From: Podarcis filfolensis
Taxonomy: Eukaryota
DNA: 64,000 bases
NCBI GenBank assembly: GCA_964270895.1
Contig: OZ185438.1
Reading direction: 5' to 3' (one strand)
Shown here one piece after another: positions 1 to 11,607 of this stretch (the stretch's first letter is position 1; each line of letters opens with the position of its first letter). Both the position numbers and the translations under genes were made by a program. The notes under the pieces were generated by a model that was given only the letters and a program-made list of their open reading frames with translations, had not been told where the DNA came from and made no database searches.

Positions 1-582
1 GGGCGGGCGCCACTACCGAGAAGGCCCTCTGCCTGGTTCCCTGTAGCTTTGCTTCTCGCAATGAGGGAACTGCCAGAAGGCCCTCGGTGCTGGACCTCAG
101 CGTCCGGGCAGAACGATGGGGGTGGAGACGCTCCTTCAGGTATACTGGACCAAGGCCATTTAGGGCTTTAAAGGTCAGCACCAACACTTTGAATTGTGCT
201 CGGAAACGTACTGGGAGCCAATGTAGGTCTTTCAAGACCGGTGTTATATGGTCTCGGCGGCCGCCCCCAGTCACCAGTCTAGCTGCCGCATTCTGGATTA
301 GTTGTAGTTTCCGAGTCACCTTCAAAGGTAGCCCCACATGGAGTGCATTGCAGTAGTCTAAGCGGGAGATAACCAGAGCATGCACCACTCTGGCGAGACA
401 GTCCGCAGGCAGATAGGGTCTCAGCCTACGTACCAGATGGAGCTGGTAAACAGTTGCCCTGGACACAGATTTGACCTGTGCCTCCATGGACTGCTGTGAG
501 TCCAAAATGACTCCCAGGCTGCGCACCTGGTCCTTCAGGGGCACAGTTACCCCATTCAGGACCAGGGAATCCTCCACACCTG
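1..582 (-). mobile_element. L2-clade LINE, 3' part of ORF2, truncated by the window edge
   Basis: Minus-strand translation gives LQLIQNAAARLVTG...DHITPVLKDLHWLPVRFRAQFKVLVLTFKAL, typical of the L2 ORF2 C-terminus; near-identical to copies at 860, 2922, 16921 and 19946. Confidence 0.85.
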
Positions 583-771
583 CCGTTTACCTTCCCGCTG
601 GAGCAGTACCTATTTATCTACTTGCACTTTGACGTGCTTTCAAACTGCTAGGTTGGCAGGAGCAGGGACCGAGCAACAGGAGCTCACCCCATCGCGGGGA
701 TTCGAACCGCCGACCTTCTGATCGGCAAGTCCTAGGCTCTGTGGTTTAACCCACAGCGCTACCCGCGTCCC
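583..771 (-). mobile_element. Sauria SINE, 5' half
   Basis: Reverse complement of GGGACGCGGGTAGCGCTGTGGGTTAAACCACAGAGCCTAGGACTTGCCGAT..., matching the full copies at 33295 and 38251. Confidence 0.85.
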
Positions 772-859
772 TTTATATATGTGTTGCATCTGCACTATTC
801 AGATTCGGCCATAATACAGGTGGCTCAGAAGTAGGTATACAGTTGAATCAATGAAATAC

Positions 860-1206
860 TACTACTAATAATAATAATAATTAGTAATAATAATTTATTA
901 TTTCTACCCCGCCCATCTGGCTGGGTTTCCCCAGCCACTCTGGGTGGCTTCCAACAAAAGATTAAAAATACATTAAAACATCAGTCATTAAAAACTTCCC
1001 TAAACAGGGCTGCCTTCAGATGTCTTCTAAACTTCAGATAGTTGTTGATTTCCTTGACATCTGATTGGAGAGCATTCCACAGGGCGGGTGCCACTACCGA
1101 GAAGACCCTCTGCCTGGTTCCCTGTAACCTCGCTTCTCGCAGGGAGGGAACCGCCAGAAGGCCCTCCAAGCTGGACCTCAGTGTCCAGGTTGAACGATGG
1201 GGTGGA
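860..1206 (-). mobile_element. L2-clade LINE 3' end with (TAA)n tail
   Basis: ORF 981..1247 ends RQRVFSVVAPALWNALQSDVKEINNYLKFRRHLKAALFREVFN; shares its 3' UTR with the other copies. Confidence 0.85.
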
Positions 1207-2269
1207 AATTTATCACAACACATTATATGGGTACGCATAACTGACATGCAACAAAGTAGCAGTTAAACTTCAGTTGGAGAGAATAGTGCGGCAGTTGGGG
1301 GAGGAAATACTGGAGTCAGATAAAAGGATTATTTTTCTTTACTGATATTGTGAATGAGGACAGCGAACCTGAGTCAAGAACAAAGAAAGTGGATTCTAAA
1401 GCAGTATACCTAATTTTGGGCCGCCCTGTATGCTTGATCTTTAGCCTCTGAGAGCTTCCATGCTGCTTTTCACAATAAAATACGTAGAATATTTCGCTGA
1501 TGAAGTGTGACTGAGGTGTGCAGCACAGTCTAGGGTGGAGCCAGAGAGAAATTCCACAGGCCAAAAAGTGATGGCAAGGAAAGCAGTGTAGTCCCGACTG
1601 AAAGCATGGGAAGACAATATCCTCCTTTCCACTGTGTTTATTCACCACCAAATGAATTCATCCTTTTTTCCTGTCTTTCATCCTCCTACCAGACTTCCTT
1701 CTTTGTGACCTACCTCCTATTTATTATCTTGATTTCCCCACCAAAACAACCCCAAGAAGTCCAGCAGTGCTACCTGAAATCTTTTCCTAATCTGACTACC
1801 TTAAATCACTCGTGGGGAGAAACCAACGGTCCTCCAACTGTTGTCTCCTGCATGAAAGCCCTAGATTCCCAGCGAGACACACCCAACCTGTAGAACTACT
1901 TGTTCACTCTTATGGGAAGCTCCCATTGCACACTGGAGCAAAATAGCTAGTTTCTTCTGGAAAGACTAGAGCAGTTTCCCCCCTGCTTTCAGAAGATAGT
2001 GTGATTAGCAGCCTGCTTTCACAAATGGGAAATTCCATATTTTGAATTCCTTCAAAATAACTACAGGGGAAAATGTTCTAGGATCACCCGGCTAGCTTCA
2101 TGGGTGAGTGAGGAATTGAACCTATTTCTCCCTGCTCCTAGTCCAGCACTATTTACCTCTTTATCACACGGGCTCCCTAGTTGCAGTAGACTGCCTAACA
2201 CGTCCTGATGCTTAACTATCTTTAAATAAAGAATTGCAACTATTTTTCATATCCTTTTCCCCCATGCAG

Positions 2270-2378
2270 CTTTTTGCTCATATGGAACTACATTGCTATG
2301 AACATGGCATCCCTGAATTCCTGCATTAATCCAATTGCTCTCTATTGGGTGAGCAAAAGATTCAAAAACTGCTTTAAG
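2270..2378 (+). CDS. EDNRB: Endothelin receptor type B, penultimate coding exon (TM7 and helix 8)
   Basis: Acceptor ...ccccatgcag, donor AAG|gtaaga, 109 nt; translates (S)[36 protein letters not shown] with the ETB NSCINP motif; phase 0 joins the next exon. Confidence 0.93.
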
Positions 2379-2921
2379 GTAAGAAGTCTTTGTTGAAATG
2401 TGCTTTTCTAGAAATGAAGCCAGGCAGCATCAGGTTAAGGGAGAAATCCAAACCCAAGACCCACTGGGATGAGACCTTGAGGTGTGTCTGGGATAATGAA
2501 CTGGGCAGGTTTTGTTTCTGCTTAAGGGCGCTGGCAAACGAAATTATCAAGGTGTCTAGTGCAAATTCACCATATAAAAGTGTTCCTTCTTTGCACAGTT
2601 TCCACATGAATCAGCTGCTCTCTAGGGGCATCCCTAAGGACTACAACTGTGGTTGTCCCAATTGATTCCTTAGCACTGTCAACTTACAGCCTAGGAGGAG
2701 GGGACTCCTAACTCAATAGAGAGCACACATTTTCAAAACCTGGGATAAGAAAATTCAGGGAGAAAGAAGAGCCACAGAAGCAATTGGTTCTAGTTCTCCA
2801 GCAAGTCCACCTCCTACTTGGAGGACCAGTGAGGTAGACCATGGACTGGAGAGACTGAAGTGGTGTAGTGGTTAAGGGTGTTGGATGAGAAACTGCGAGA
2901 TCTGAGTTCAGGTCCTCACAA

Positions 2922-3282
2922 CTTGGCCTCAGTCCAGTATATCTGAAGGAGCGTTTCCACCCCCATCGTTCTACCCGGACACTGAGATCCAGCGCCGAGG
3001 GCCTTCTGGGGGTTCCCTCACTGCGAGAAGTCAAGTTACAGGGAACCAGGCAGAGGGCCTTCTTGGTAGTGGCGCCCGCCCTGTGGAACGCCCTCCCACC
3101 AGATGTCAAAAAGAACAACAACTACCAGACTTTTAGAAGACATCTGAAGGCAGCCCTGTTTTGGGAAGCTTTTAATGTTTGATGCATTACAGTATTTTAA
3201 TATTTTGTTGGAAGCCGCCCAGAGTGGCTGGGGAAGCCCAGCCAGATGGGCGGGGTATAAATAATAAATTATTATTATTATT
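2922..3282 (+). mobile_element. L2-clade LINE 3' end with (ATT)n tail, apparently inserted into a tRNA-derived SINE (head about 2845-2921)
   Basis: Same sequence as the 860-1206 copy in the opposite orientation; flanked by tRNA-SINE-like GGTGTAGTGGTTAAG...GAGTTCAGGTCC upstream and GGTGACCTTGGGCC downstream. Confidence 0.8.
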
Positions 3283-3392
3283 GGTGACCTTGGGCCCTGA
3301 GCCTAACTCTCCCTCACTGGGTGGATGCAATAAAATGGAGGAGGGGGGAACCATGCAACTTGGAGAAAAGTTAGGGTAGAAATGTAAACATA

Positions 3393-3651
3393 CCGTATTT
3401 TTTGCTGTATAAGACTCACTTTTTCCCTCCTAAAAAGTAAGGGGAAATGTGTGTGCATCTTATGGAGTGAATGCAGGCTGCGCAGCTATCCCAGAAGCCA
3501 GAACAGCAAGAGGGATTGCTGCTTTCACTGCACAGTGATCCCTCTTGCTGTTCTAGCTTCTGAGATTCAGAATTTTTTTTTTCTTGTTTTCCTCCTCGAA
3601 AAACTAGGTGCGTCTTGTGGTCTGGTGCTTCTTATAGAGCGAAAAATACGG
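3393..3651. mobile_element. Non-autonomous Tc1/mariner-superfamily (Tc2/pogo-like) MITE
   Basis: TA|CCGTATTTTT...AAAAATACGG|TA terminal inverted repeats with TA target duplication; near-identical inverted copy at 18972-19229. Confidence 0.85.
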
Positions 3652-3771
3652 TAAATAAATTGCAACCCTAAAAAATAGTTCTGAGTTTTTGGTCAGAAAT
3701 AGGTAGTAGGCATTCTCTATATTGAAGTGTTGCACCAAGCCTTCTAATAAGGGATTCTGCTCTCTTTCAAG

Positions 3772-3903
3772 TCATGTCTGTGTTGCTGGTGCCATTCGAA
3801 AGATATGCTGTCCCTGGATGAGAAGCAGTCCTGCTTAAAGTTCAGAGCCAATGATCACGGGTATGACAATTTCCGCTCCAGCAACAAGTACAGCTCGTCT
3901 TAA
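3772..3903 (+). CDS. EDNRB: Endothelin receptor type B, last coding exon (palmitoylated Cys cluster and C-terminal tail)
   Basis: Acceptor ctctctttcaag; translates [43 protein letters not shown], recognisably the ETB C-terminus; TAA at 3901-3903. Confidence 0.96.
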   Translation, partial: SCLCCWCHSKDMLSLDEKQSCLKFRANDHGYDNFRSSNKYSSS

Positions 3904-5189
3904 GAAAGGGAAGTGTACCCTCAGCTCCTGCGACAAAAGACTGTTAACGTTAAAAACAGCAGATTTCTGGGGAGAAACGAGTTTGGAGTTTGCTCGGGAA
4001 TCCAAATTGCCAAACATTGCTTACAGTCTGTACCAGTTGTGATTACGCACGGCGCCCGTAGCTATTTGAACACATAAAAATCACCAGGAGACGCAAAAAA
4101 AGAAAACCCCTTGTTGAAAGCACTTAAACTCTTCGGAATGAGCACTTCCAGATCATCCGCAAATCCTGTGAACGAAACAACTCTGTATTCATTGAACTAG
4201 CCCTGGGAGCCTGAGTAATAATTCTTTGTATATAGTATACCATGGCTATTGTTTGGGACAAAGCCAGCTTTGTCTATAAATTACTGTAATCTTTCTTTCT
4301 TTCTTTCTTTCTTTGGTGGGAGAGATTAAAAGATACAGGCATGTCCAAAACATAATCCCTTATCAAATGTGCAAATTGCATCTTGATGCATTAAGCATGT
4401 CGCATTGTGTCATGGAGTAAAAACCAAACCAAACACCACCACAGCTTTAAAAATATATTGATATTTTACCCACATAGCCAGAAACAAAATTAAAAGAGCA
4501 TAATCAGGCTCAAAACAATCTGCTGTTAAGTAAGAAAAATGCAAGCGTGTCCATATGGGGAGGAGGAGCAGCAGGGAAAAGCAACGCAACTTAATTTTTT
4601 TAAACGCCAGCAGAGTCCTGAAGCCATGAGCATGTCAGCAGGAACTCACCTGCATTCCACTGGTGGAAATGGCAAGTAAAACCAATTTCTCATCAGAGGA
4701 TCCGATCAGGCCTGCACAGCCTCATGATCTACAAAGCTGCATTCACCCCACCAGGCAGGCAGCAAACCCAAGAAGTTTGATCAGGCTCCTGGCGAGTCCG
4801 TTTACATAAGCAGGGATCTGTGTTTGGCCTAGCGAGCCACAAGCTGTAGAGTGATTGAGGTAAGGACGATAGAGGAATTTGCAGGAGCAGAGTGGAATGC
4901 GTCTTTGGAGACTGGTTTTCTTTCCATGGGGAAAATGTATATTCTTCAACAGCTCTGCCTGAGAACAAACAGTAGGAGTGGCTAACTTCTGGTCAGCATC
5001 TGGTACTCCATTTTCTGAACCCTAAGCATTTCAGGGATCAGAGCAGCGCTCTTTGGGCCCATATCGAAGATGCAATTTCTTCTCTTTGCCATAACAACCC
5101 CTGTCTGATGCTGGGTTAACCAGTCATCACTGGTTACGACTCTGGAGCTCTTAAAAAGACACTACCATTATTTCTCCCTCACCAAGTAC

Positions 5190-5430
5190 AGTCGTACCTT
5201 GGATCTCAAACACCTTGCGACTTGAACGTTTTGACTCCCGAACGCCACAAACCCGGAAGCAAGTGTTCTGGTTTGCGGACGTTCTTTGGAAGCTGAACGT
5301 CCAACACGGCTTCCAATTGAGTGCAGGAAACTCCTGCAGCCAATCAGAAGTCGCGCCTTGGTTGTCAAACGTTTTTGGAAGTTGAACAGACTCCCGGGAT
5401 GGATTCCGTTCAACAACCAAGATACGACTG
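5190..5430. mobile_element. Mariner-type MITE (CAGTCGTACC family)
   Basis: TA|CAGTCGTACCTTGG...CCAAGATACGACTG|TA; related copies at 39509 and 56560. Confidence 0.8.
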
Positions 5431-5433
5431 TAT

Positions 5434-5569
5434 CAATGTTTCTCAAACTTGGGTTTCCAGCTGTTGTTGGACTACAACTCCCATCCCTCCTAGCTAGCAG
5501 GAACAATGGTCATGGATGATGGGCGTTGTAGTCCAACAAACAGCTGGAGACCCAAGTTTGAGAAATACC
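5434..5569. mobile_element. Short hAT-like palindromic MITE
   Basis: TTTCTCAAACTTGGG...CCCAAGTTTGAGAAA inverted termini and internal GGACTACAACTCCCATC/GATGGGCGTTGTAGTCC palindrome; same family as 14542, 27433 and 41408. Confidence 0.7.
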
Positions 5570-5842
5570 GGTATATGAACAAACTGCCCCAAGCATGCGG
5601 ACGTTAAGTATGTTCTGTGTTCTGCAATTGCACATGGAAAAGGTACAGAATATGGTAGCAGTCACAGAGTTCATTGTCTTCAGAATGCCAACTTTCTTCT
5701 GAAGATTTGGAGGGTTGGCGTGAGGTTTCAGTGCCTTGCTTACCACTTTGCTCCCTCGCCCAGGACTGGCCAGCCAAAATGGTGCAAAGTAGTAAACATT
5801 ACAGAATAAATTAAAAAAAATAAGGCTATGCAAATTAGCAAA

Positions 5843-5999
5843 TCTGGTTCGCCAGAAGTGGCTTAGTCATGCTGGCCACATGACCTGGAAGCTGTCTGCA
5901 GACAAACGCCAGCTCCCTCGGCCTATAGAGCGAGATGAGCACGCAAACCCAGAGTCATCCGCGACTGAACTTAACTGTCAGTGGTACCTTTACCTTTAC
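5843..5999 (+). mobile_element. Sauria SINE, 3' half
   Basis: CTGGTTCGCCAGAAGTGGCTTAGTCATGCTGGCCACATGAC... ending in an ACCTTT tail. Confidence 0.8.
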
Positions 6000-6336
6000 T
6001 CCCAGCCCTGACTCTATACCGTCTCAGTTTTAGGTGTTTGTCATCTCTGTTATAGAGAAGAGTATAGCTTAACTTGCAAATGATTTCCTGCATTTGAGAG
6101 CTCGCTCTTACTATTTCCATGGCAAAAGAAACTACCCACATATTCACAGAGGTCTAGCACCTATCAGTGTCGAAAATGTTGGATCCCTATCTTTACCTAT
6201 GTTTATCTAAAGAGCGCTCAGTTAGCATTTTATAAATCTCAGACATAACCAAACCTAGAGTAGTAAATAATAAAACATGGGCAGGTCCCATTAATGCCTG
6301 TACGAATGGGGCGCGTGCGAGAGAAAATGTGTTTGT

Positions 6337-6342
6337 AATAAA
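6337..6342 (+). terminator. Candidate EDNRB polyadenylation signal
   Basis: AATAAA about 2.4 kb after the EDNRB stop, followed by a GT-rich downstream element (catgttgtgcattgt); not proven. Confidence 0.3.
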
Positions 6343-6429
6343 CATGTTGTGCATTGTCAGGAGCAGATCACATTTTTTGTGTGCATTGAAAGATAATACT
6401 GCTAGTTAAAATAGGTTTAAAGCTTAGTA

Positions 6430-6634
6430 CAAGGATGAACCTCTACTTACGACCGCCTCTACTTGGGCCCGATCCAAGTCGCGACCGCGGCAAACCCGGA
6501 AGTAAATTCGCGCATGCGCAGAAGCGGCTGCCGCCGTCTGCACATGCGCACAACGGCACTTCTATCAGTGACCTGTTTCGCCTAAAGGATGGGCCACTGG
6601 AATGGATTATGGTGGTAAGTAGAGGTTCCACTGT
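6430..6634. mobile_element. Mariner-type MITE
   Basis: GAACCTCTACTTAC...GTAAGTAGAGGTTCCACTGT inverted termini. Confidence 0.65.
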
Positions 6635-7078
6635 GTTGTTGTTGTTTAGTCGTTTAGTCGTGTCCGACTCTTCGTGACCCCATGGACCAGAGCACGCCAG
6701 GCACTCCTATCTTCCACTGCCTCCTGCAGTTTGGTCAAACTCATGCTGGTAGCTTTGAGAACACTGCCCAACCATCTCGTTCTCTGTCGTCCCCTTCTCC
6801 TTGTGCCCTCCATCTTTCCCAACATCAGGGTCTTTTCCAGGGAGTCTTCTCTTCTCATGAGGTGGCCAAAGTATTGGAGCCTCAGCTTCAGGATCTGTCC
6901 TTCCAGTGAGCACTCACGGCTGATTTCCTTCAGAATGGATAGGTTTGATCTTCTTGCAGTCCATGGGACTCTGAAAAGTCTCCTCCAGGACCATAATTCA
7001 AAAGCATCAATTCTTCGGCGATCAGCCTTCTTTATGGTCCAGCTCTCACTTCCATACATCACTACTGGGAAAACCATA
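6635..7078 (-). mobile_element. Bov-B (RTE) LINE 3' end, 5'-truncated, with (CAA)n tail
   Basis: ORF 6646..7077 MVFPVVMYGSESWTIKKADRRRIDAFELW...LEKTLMLGK...HGVTKSRTRLND is the Bov-B ORF C-terminus. Confidence 0.92.
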
Positions 7079-9056
7079 ATAGAATTTAATAAAATTGTTC
7101 TGGGTTATATATAATCTGAGCTAAAAAAGCAGGCACTGCCAATATGATGCCTGTGAGTAGCCTTCATTGTGTCTGCAAAGGATCTTAGTAAATATCCCCT
7201 CAAAAACCCACATCCTCAATGCTGTTCTTGCTTTCACTGACTTAGCCTGCCCTACACCAGCCCCCACAAACACATAAAGATTGAACACCCACCCATTCAA
7301 AACAGGAGAGGGGCAATGATCTTCTTTCTATGAGCAAGAGCAGGCACTGACTGGGGGGCATGTACACCTTTTCCGCATTTCTGTCTCTTTTCTGCTTCTC
7401 TACATGTGGCAACCATTTTTTTGTTGTTGTTGTTATGCCCTTCACCCTGTGGCAGCTATTTTGTGACTGGTGCCCACCCATGGCACTTTTCCCAAATTCC
7501 AAACATGACCACAGGCCCATAAAAGTTGGCAGCTTCAAGGCTAGTCAGATCCTTGGCCCTGTGGCGAGATCCACTGTTGTTAAAGCATCCCTGGCTGGCC
7601 CTACTAGGAGGTAGAGAGAGACGTTCACCCCAGATAGCAGATTTGAGGCAAGGTTAAAAAGGATGGCAAATTCCTAGAATATGTAATCTTTCCCCCCACA
7701 GGTGAGTTCAGAACATGGGATGTTGTTTCTCAGGCACTAAATGTGCCCCTCTCTGTTGGGGAACATCATTTAGGCAGCAGTTCCTAAACTGTTGAAGAAA
7801 AAAGTAGAGAATAAGCCTCATTGATGGTGGTAGGCAGTAAATATGCATATGAATGGACGACTAAAGGACATTCCACCAGGAAATTTCTCTGCACAAGCAC
7901 CTACTAAAATGAATGAAAGCTGCAAAAAGAATTGTGCACGATGTTGCCAATGTGTTATGGTGTGTCACCATAGATAGGGTTTTTATAAAACTGCCCTCAT
8001 CACTTTGAGCTCATGACAAACTATATTGGAACGTTAAACAGAACTATAATGAAACAATGGTGGGTTGTTTTCTATCATCCTCTGAGGCTGTGTACATTTA
8101 AAGTTCATGGCTTCCGCCAAAGAATCCCGAGAACTGGTTTACCCCTCACAGAGCTACAACTCCTAGCACCCTTAACAAACACTACAGTTCCCATGATTCT
8201 TTGGCAATTAGGGTGAAAGCAGATGCGTAAGAAATCAAAGGTCTTGTGTCCTAGGTCTTAAGAGATTGAATAATTCAACCGTAGTGAATATGCTGTACGC
8301 ACTCTTTATTTCTGGTGAAAAATACCACAGAAAAAGTAAAATTCATGGGTGAATGTCCTAGATATGAAATGTAGTCATGTGCTTTAGTATTAGCCATAAA
8401 CTCTGTGCGCATGTGTGTGCGCACACATACACACACACACACACACTCACTGCTTTCATCTTGCCATGCCCTTTAGCAGTTAGTTTGAGAGAGGCGAAAG
8501 TATTAATGTTGGCATGGTCAATCCAACATTGGTTCTGATCGACTGTTTACCACTGACAGTCGACTAGCACTTTTAACCTCTGAAGTCAATCGGAAACCGA
8601 ATAAATTGTCTATTTGAATCTGCTCAGTATTATTGCTACTGTTTCTAGTATTTCAGTACTGTACGTATATGATATTTGTAATTCTATTTAAAATGTAGTC
8701 TTCATTGTATGATGTATGGGGGTATTTTTCCCTTGATGAGTTTATTTTAATGTGTCTTAGAGCTGTTACACTCGATCCTAAATTCCTCTGTGGAAAGCAC
8801 CTTGGGCAGATCCTGACGTGCAACAAAATCCACATGTGGGTTTTTAACAAATTGCCTTCCGTGCAGGAATTTGGTCACCTGTGGAACATGCATTGGTCAT
8901 ATATTATGGATGCAGAGCATAAATGCTCTCTAATCTTTAGACAATTGTGTATTCTAAATATATTATCCTCACATTTCATTTTGTCCAGTATTTTTGAGAA
9001 TAGTAACCTTTCCAGAAATGGTGGTTTTCTGTACACTGATTGGGGTTGCCAACTTT

Positions 9057-9057
<1 letters not shown>

Positions 9058-9096
<39 letters not shown>
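9058..9096. repeat. (CA)n microsatellite
   Basis: Perfect dinucleotide run; others at about 8425-8446 and 12266-12302. Confidence 0.95.
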
Positions 9097-9099
<3 letters not shown>

Positions 9100-9311
9100 G
9101 GTACCTCTAGTTGCAGACGTGATCTGTTCTGGGGTGCCGTTTGCACCCCCGAAAAGTCCACAACTAGAGCGGCGCTTCTGCGCATGCGCGGAACGCACAG
9201 AACGCTTCTGCGCATTCAGTGAATCCTGGAAGTATACACTTCTGGGTTTGCCTCTGGGTTTGCAAGCTGAAAAGATGCAACAGGAACCTAACGCAACACG
9301 AGGTATGACTG
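9096..9311. mobile_element. Mariner-type MITE
   Basis: CAGTGGTACCTC...GAGGTATGACTG|TA inverted termini. Confidence 0.75.
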
Positions 9312-9829
9312 TACTGATTCCTGATGCTGTGCCTTTAAAAGCAGATTATGCTGCAGACAGTAGCAAGTGATAATGGTTACTTCCATGCTGCCAAAAACGT
9401 CACATGTGAATTTCTGCAGATCAAACTGCTGATTTCTGCAGATCAAACTGCTAACATCTGACCAGGATGTTGTTGTCGTTCTGATCAGCTGGCAACCTTA
9501 AGGCTGATGTGGAAGAGAGGAGCAAGGCAAGCCTAACAGATCTATCTATAAGCTCTTTTTAAAAATGTAGCCAAATAAGGAACTACCTCTACTATACAAA
9601 TATTTTCTGAAGCAATACAAACATAAGATAATTAAACAGACAGGAAAAGGTCCGACTGTTTTTAAATTTCCACTATTTAGACATCCCAATTGGATACAGA
9701 GTTCTTCCCCAACCACTTGGTCTCTTCCTCTCTCTTTGCATCCTTTAACTGAATTGTTTCATGCATTCCATTGCCGCTTGATCCCATGTAAAGTATAAAC
9801 CTGCCAGCTTATGGAAACAACCCTTCATT

Positions 9830-9955
9830 TATCTGACGAAGTGGACTCTAGCCCACAAAATCTTGATGCCTTAATAAATCGGTTAAGTCTTTAAGGTGAC
9901 ATAGAACCATTTGCTGGTTTTGTCGCAACGGATTAACACAAGTAGACCTCTGGAA
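9830..9955 (+). mobile_element. Penelope-like retroelement terminal fragment
   Basis: CTGACGAAGTGGACTCTAGCCCACAAAA...AATAAATCGGTTAAGTCTTTAAGGTG...ATTAACAC resembles reptile Penelope terminal repeats. Confidence 0.55.
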
Positions 9956-11007
9956 ACTGTGAAGATCCTGTGAATTTCTCTGTGCTGGATCATGGCCTAC
10001 ATGTGTAACACAATAAACGCTGGTCATATAAATAGTGTGGTGTACATTGGGTTGTGGCTCTTAATTAAAAGTACAAGAAAACAATATTTCGGCTCTCCAA
10101 TGAATGATGGACGCAAAAGAGGTTTACGTATACAGTATGCCATGTGGTTCTTGGTTCAGGATTGCCCTTCACTGCCATTGAAATGTTTTCCCCTTTTTCT
10201 CAGCAAAACGGGATACATTCACTGAGAGATCTGTACCGCTTTTCCATAGAGTTTTATCTTCCCCTCGCTGGTCATACCAGAGCAGGTGGATTAGGAGAGG
10301 TAAATTAGGCTGCTTGTAGCAGCTAATATTCTTTGTTTTAATATAGTTTTATGAACATGTAAAATATTTGTGGATTTTGCTTTTTATGGATACTTAAAAA
10401 AATCAACTGTTACGGTTACTACAATGTAAGCAAACTGAATTATCAATAAAGATATTTGTACATTGTTTTGTTAGATAAAGTGTTCTTTCTGCCCGCACCT
10501 TTCATTGATTTAGCTGAACTTACCCTTACTTCAGTATCTCAAAAGATAAACTATAGATCTGTTTACAGTCACTGTTTACAGCTGTTTTTTTTAATTAAAT
10601 AACTAAAAAATGGGCTTCATGACCCCTGACAAATGTAAATAATTGGAAGAGTTTTTCCTTTAAAATGATCACTTGCCATCTCTGGCTGCACTTCAAGCGA
10701 CTCGTTTAACAACCTTATATTTTTCATAAAAGCACCAATTCATACCATTTGTGGACTAATACACAGTGATAAGTTTTCAGATATGGACGCATGTGGCAAC
10801 ATCACATGCCCCATGTAGGAAAAGATTTACCGTATATTAGTCTGCAAATCGGGTACATCAGGGTTATGGATTCGAGTCCCATGTTGGGCGTAAAATACCT
10901 TCTTTGCAGTGTACTAGATGATCCTTGTGGTCCCTTCCAACTCTACGATTTGTTTTACTGTGATAAAAAAAACCTGCTCCTTTTCCTTTGTGGGGTATTC
11001 CAGAGCC

Positions 11008-11607
11008 CGTATAGTGTCCTTAAGTGGGTTCCTTGTCAGTAGGAGAAAATAAGAGGCCAACCAGAGTATATTGAGAAACAAAGTGTCTAGTAAGCCTGAT
11101 TTTTATTAAAGGAACAGTTGCAACAGGGTCCCCACTCACCACACGCAGGAGGGAGGAGAACCCTGAACAATGGTGCACAAGCCCTTATATAGACTTTTGA
11201 AATTGCCCACCCTTTAGCCCAAGACCACCACCCCTAAAACATACATACCGGTACATCACAGAAAGAGGTGGTCTACAGCAGAAATCCTGTCTGTCAGGAT
11301 ACCTGATAATGGTCACTGACCGCATTACCTGGGCATTATTTTGTGATGGTTAATACTTTAGTTCCTGAATCCAGGTCACAGGCTCATCCTATTCATACAT
11401 AAATGCGCCCTTAAGACAGGATTTGCAAGCAAAAAGACAATGGGAAGGCTATCCCTATTTGCCTCCCTTACAGCAGAGGAATATTTGAGTCAAAATGGGT
11501 TCAGGATTGCTCTCCCATACTATTTCAGACACGTGGTTCATATATTTAGATATGTGTGCATTTTTTAACATTTATTCTGTATCTAAGACCTTAAAATTCT
11601 TATAACA
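11008..11607 (-). mobile_element. Solo LTR-like element, same family as 26356-27223
   Basis: Reverse complement aligns with 26356-27223 (TGTTAT..GAATTTTAAGGTC...AATAAA..TCAGGCTTACTAG...CTTAAGGAC); starts with TG, has an internal poly(A) signal; no clean TSD seen. Confidence 0.6.

Noticed and set aside
1-2269. EDNRB TM6 exon (RREVAKTVFCLV...)
   Set aside because: Not found; presumably upstream of the window
8705-9370. 221-aa ORF with DVWGYF, superficially like the deaminase EIWGH segment
   Set aside because: No HxE or PCxxC in frame; runs through (CA)n and a MITE
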